Assembly (NCBI GenBank): GCA_010909165.1
Contig: MU008161.1
Coordinates: 2,046,001-2,110,000, forward strand
Source: Anthoceros angustus
Lineage: Eukaryota > Plantae > Anthocerotophyta
Direction: 5' to 3'
Length of the DNA: 64,000 nucleotides
The notes under the pieces are model-generated. The model was not told the DNA's origin, did not search any database, and saw nothing but the letters and a program-made list of their open reading frames with translations. Within the stretch, counting starts at the first letter, position 1; each line of letters begins with the position of its first letter. The position numbers were made by a program, and so were the translations under genes. Below, in pieces: positions 62,401-64,000 of this stretch.

Positions 62401-64000
62401 ATGTCGCTCGCATGGTGACCAAAGGAGACCTGACACGTCCGCGTGCGGCAGACCAATCCGCGACACGCAGAGAGAGGCGCCGCAGCATGGTGGTGTTTGG
62501 CAATACCCGATCATCGTGAACCACCGGCTGGCGGCGCAGCCTTCCATCGAAGGCTGCACCCATGGGCAGGATGGGGGGAAAGGGAGCGTAGGCCACTATC
62601 TTGCACACACAGCATGTGAAGCCCCCTTTGCACACAATTTGAAGTGCGCCCGCGAAGTGCGCGGCATGATTTTGAACAGGGATTTGTGCGGAAGAGGTGC
62701 AACTGGCAATCAAACTGGGTGGTAGCCGCAGTTGCTGCAATTTCTTGTTCAACCCGAACGACGGCGACTTGGAATAACACCAGGGCTGTGCGTGCGCAAT
62801 AGACCTCCGCGGAGGCCTGTGCAGGCAGACGGGAACCACGCGAACGCCTTCCACGCTAGCGGTGTGCGCGGTGCAAGCCACCTTGCCCATCCCAAGCGAA
62901 GCGACCGTGGAGGAGGCCGATGGCGCGTGGCGCACCAATGGCGGGGGGATGACGGTGGTGGGGCACGACGGCTGCACCGGATGACTGGACCATCTGGGAG
63001 GAAGGGCTGCGGACGGCGGATGCACGCACGAGGGGCCGGAGGGGGGGAAGAGGCCGCAAGCGGGGATGAGCACGAGGAAGGGGAGGACGGGCCGCGTGGT
63101 AGCGAGCCTTCGAACACCGCCACGCCGGAAGGGTGTACGGCCGGGCGGTGCGGCACTTGCAATCGTGGCGGCCATCAAGGAGCCGCCGCGAGCGGTGGCC
63201 ATGGTCGTGGTGGAGAGTGGTCCGGGAAATGGGTCCTCTTGGTTGTGGAGGGGAGCTGGGATGGCCGCCTTGCACAAGGACTTCGTTTGGGCGGTGGAGA
63301 GGGGCCGTTGTAGCCCCATGAGGGAGGGCTGGTGGTGCTGGCAACCGCGGTGGATGTCATGGACGGTTGGGGCGAGGATCTTTGGGCAAGAGCTCGCATG
63401 GCATGTTCTTGTTGTGGATGCCATTCGGGAGGACACACGCTGCGCGTGCCTAACAATTGAGATAGGGGCGCTGCGGTGACAATCTGTGCGAAGGAAATGG
63501 GTGCCTACTGTGGGATTTGCGATTCACAAGAAGGAAGCCTTACCCACCGCACTGCCGTCATCTCATGCACACGAAAGCATGCCGGAAGGCACCTTGTGGG
63601 TTGCGATTGCAAAGTGATGGGCCAAGTCCTGCCGGCCAAGTGGGCATGGAAGGTAGTCGAGAGGACTGTGGGGCCACAGTGGGATCGTCGGCACACTGTG
63701 TTGTGGATCGGGCCCGAGAGGGCATTGCACCTCGCAGTGAACATTGTGTGCCGGCCGGTGGGCACATTATGCATCGTGCACAGGGATGTGGATCGCCACA
63801 ACTTCTTTGTGGGCCGCCACACACTCCCATTTGTGTACAACCGGACGGAGCATTTCATCTGCTACATGGACTTTTCGACCAACGAAGAGGGACTGTTCCA
63901 AGTACTGGAGGCATGTGACCTCATCATCAGGGCATGCCACACCATGGGGGGCCGCAAAGGGCACGCGTTGATTGCTGGAAGATCGCATGCTTTCATGTTT
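59490..64000. repeat. Four imperfect head-to-tail copies of a ~0.9-1 kb unit
   Basis: GAGTGGTCCGGGAAATGGGTCCTCTTGGTTGTGGAGGGGAGC at ~59635, ~60645, ~61410 and ~63215. TACATGGACTTTTCGACCAACGAAGAGGGA at ~60252, ~62022 and ~63863. Confidence 0.9.
61700..62340 (+). pseudogene. Ulp1/C48-like (SUMO) cysteine protease remnant (other partial copies at ~59920-60390 and ~63540-64000)
   Basis: WIATTSLW..YNRTEHFIRYMDF..IEACDLIIVACH..GHALIALED..FLDP..RNE.A..FVVMLE follows the Ulp1 order (D-l-i-i-v-P-x..HW..D..QxNxxDCGxFV). The catalytic Cys cannot be read cleanly because of indels. Confidence 0.4.

Larger units (their letters stand above)
38400..64000. mobile_element. GC-rich, internally tandem-duplicated island; putative large Helitron-like or other giant mobile element (extends beyond the window)
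   Basis: Sharp compositional change after AT-rich 36-38 kb, nested kb-scale duplications, RPA70-, OTU- and Ulp1-like remnants, and no host housekeeping genes. No transposase or Rep-helicase seen. Confidence 0.45.

Noticed and set aside
56937-63436. Long minus-strand ORFs (295, 653, 343 and 452 aa)
   Set aside because: They are Pro/Arg/Ala-rich stop-free frames expected in GC-rich repeats, and the recognisable motifs are on the plus strand.
38400-64000. Endogenous giant virus or bacterial contaminant as the identity of the GC-rich island
   Set aside because: I recognised no capsid, packaging ATPase, polymerase or operon-like bacterial genes, and the motifs seen are eukaryotic TE-cargo-like. 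This cannot be formally excluded without HMM searches.
38400-64000. Helitron Rep/helicase or DDE transposase gene
   Set aside because: No HUH Rep, PIF1 Walker or DDE motifs could be read in the window, so the element class remains an inference.

Overview
This is a eukaryotic land-plant nuclear window, most consistent with a hornwort (Anthoceros-like), based on compact genes, 80-90 nt introns and DYW:KP-type PPR proteins. The left part (about 1-34 kb) is gene-rich. It holds two PLS-class PPR proteins with E1-E2-DYW:KP domains, the class associated with organellar U-to-C RNA editing, ending in non-canonical GDAH and GDSV tails. They tightly flank a two-exon Josephin deubiquitinase. Nearby are a duplicated PPR-DYW pseudogene fragment, a plant multi-pass membrane protein, an orphan ORF, 5-formyl-THF cyclo-ligase, WDR46/UTP7 and an intronless FAM135/DUF676 hydrolase, interspersed with small repeats and TE remnants. 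The right part (about 38.4-64 kb) is a GC-rich, frameshift-riddled island built from 0.9-1.5 kb tandem duplications. Motif reading suggests it encodes an RPA70-like ssDNA-binding protein plus OTU-like and Ulp1-like cysteine proteases, a cargo set suggestive of a large Helitron-like or other giant mobile element. No transposase or Rep-helicase is visible in the window, and the indels between copies may partly be long-read assembly error.
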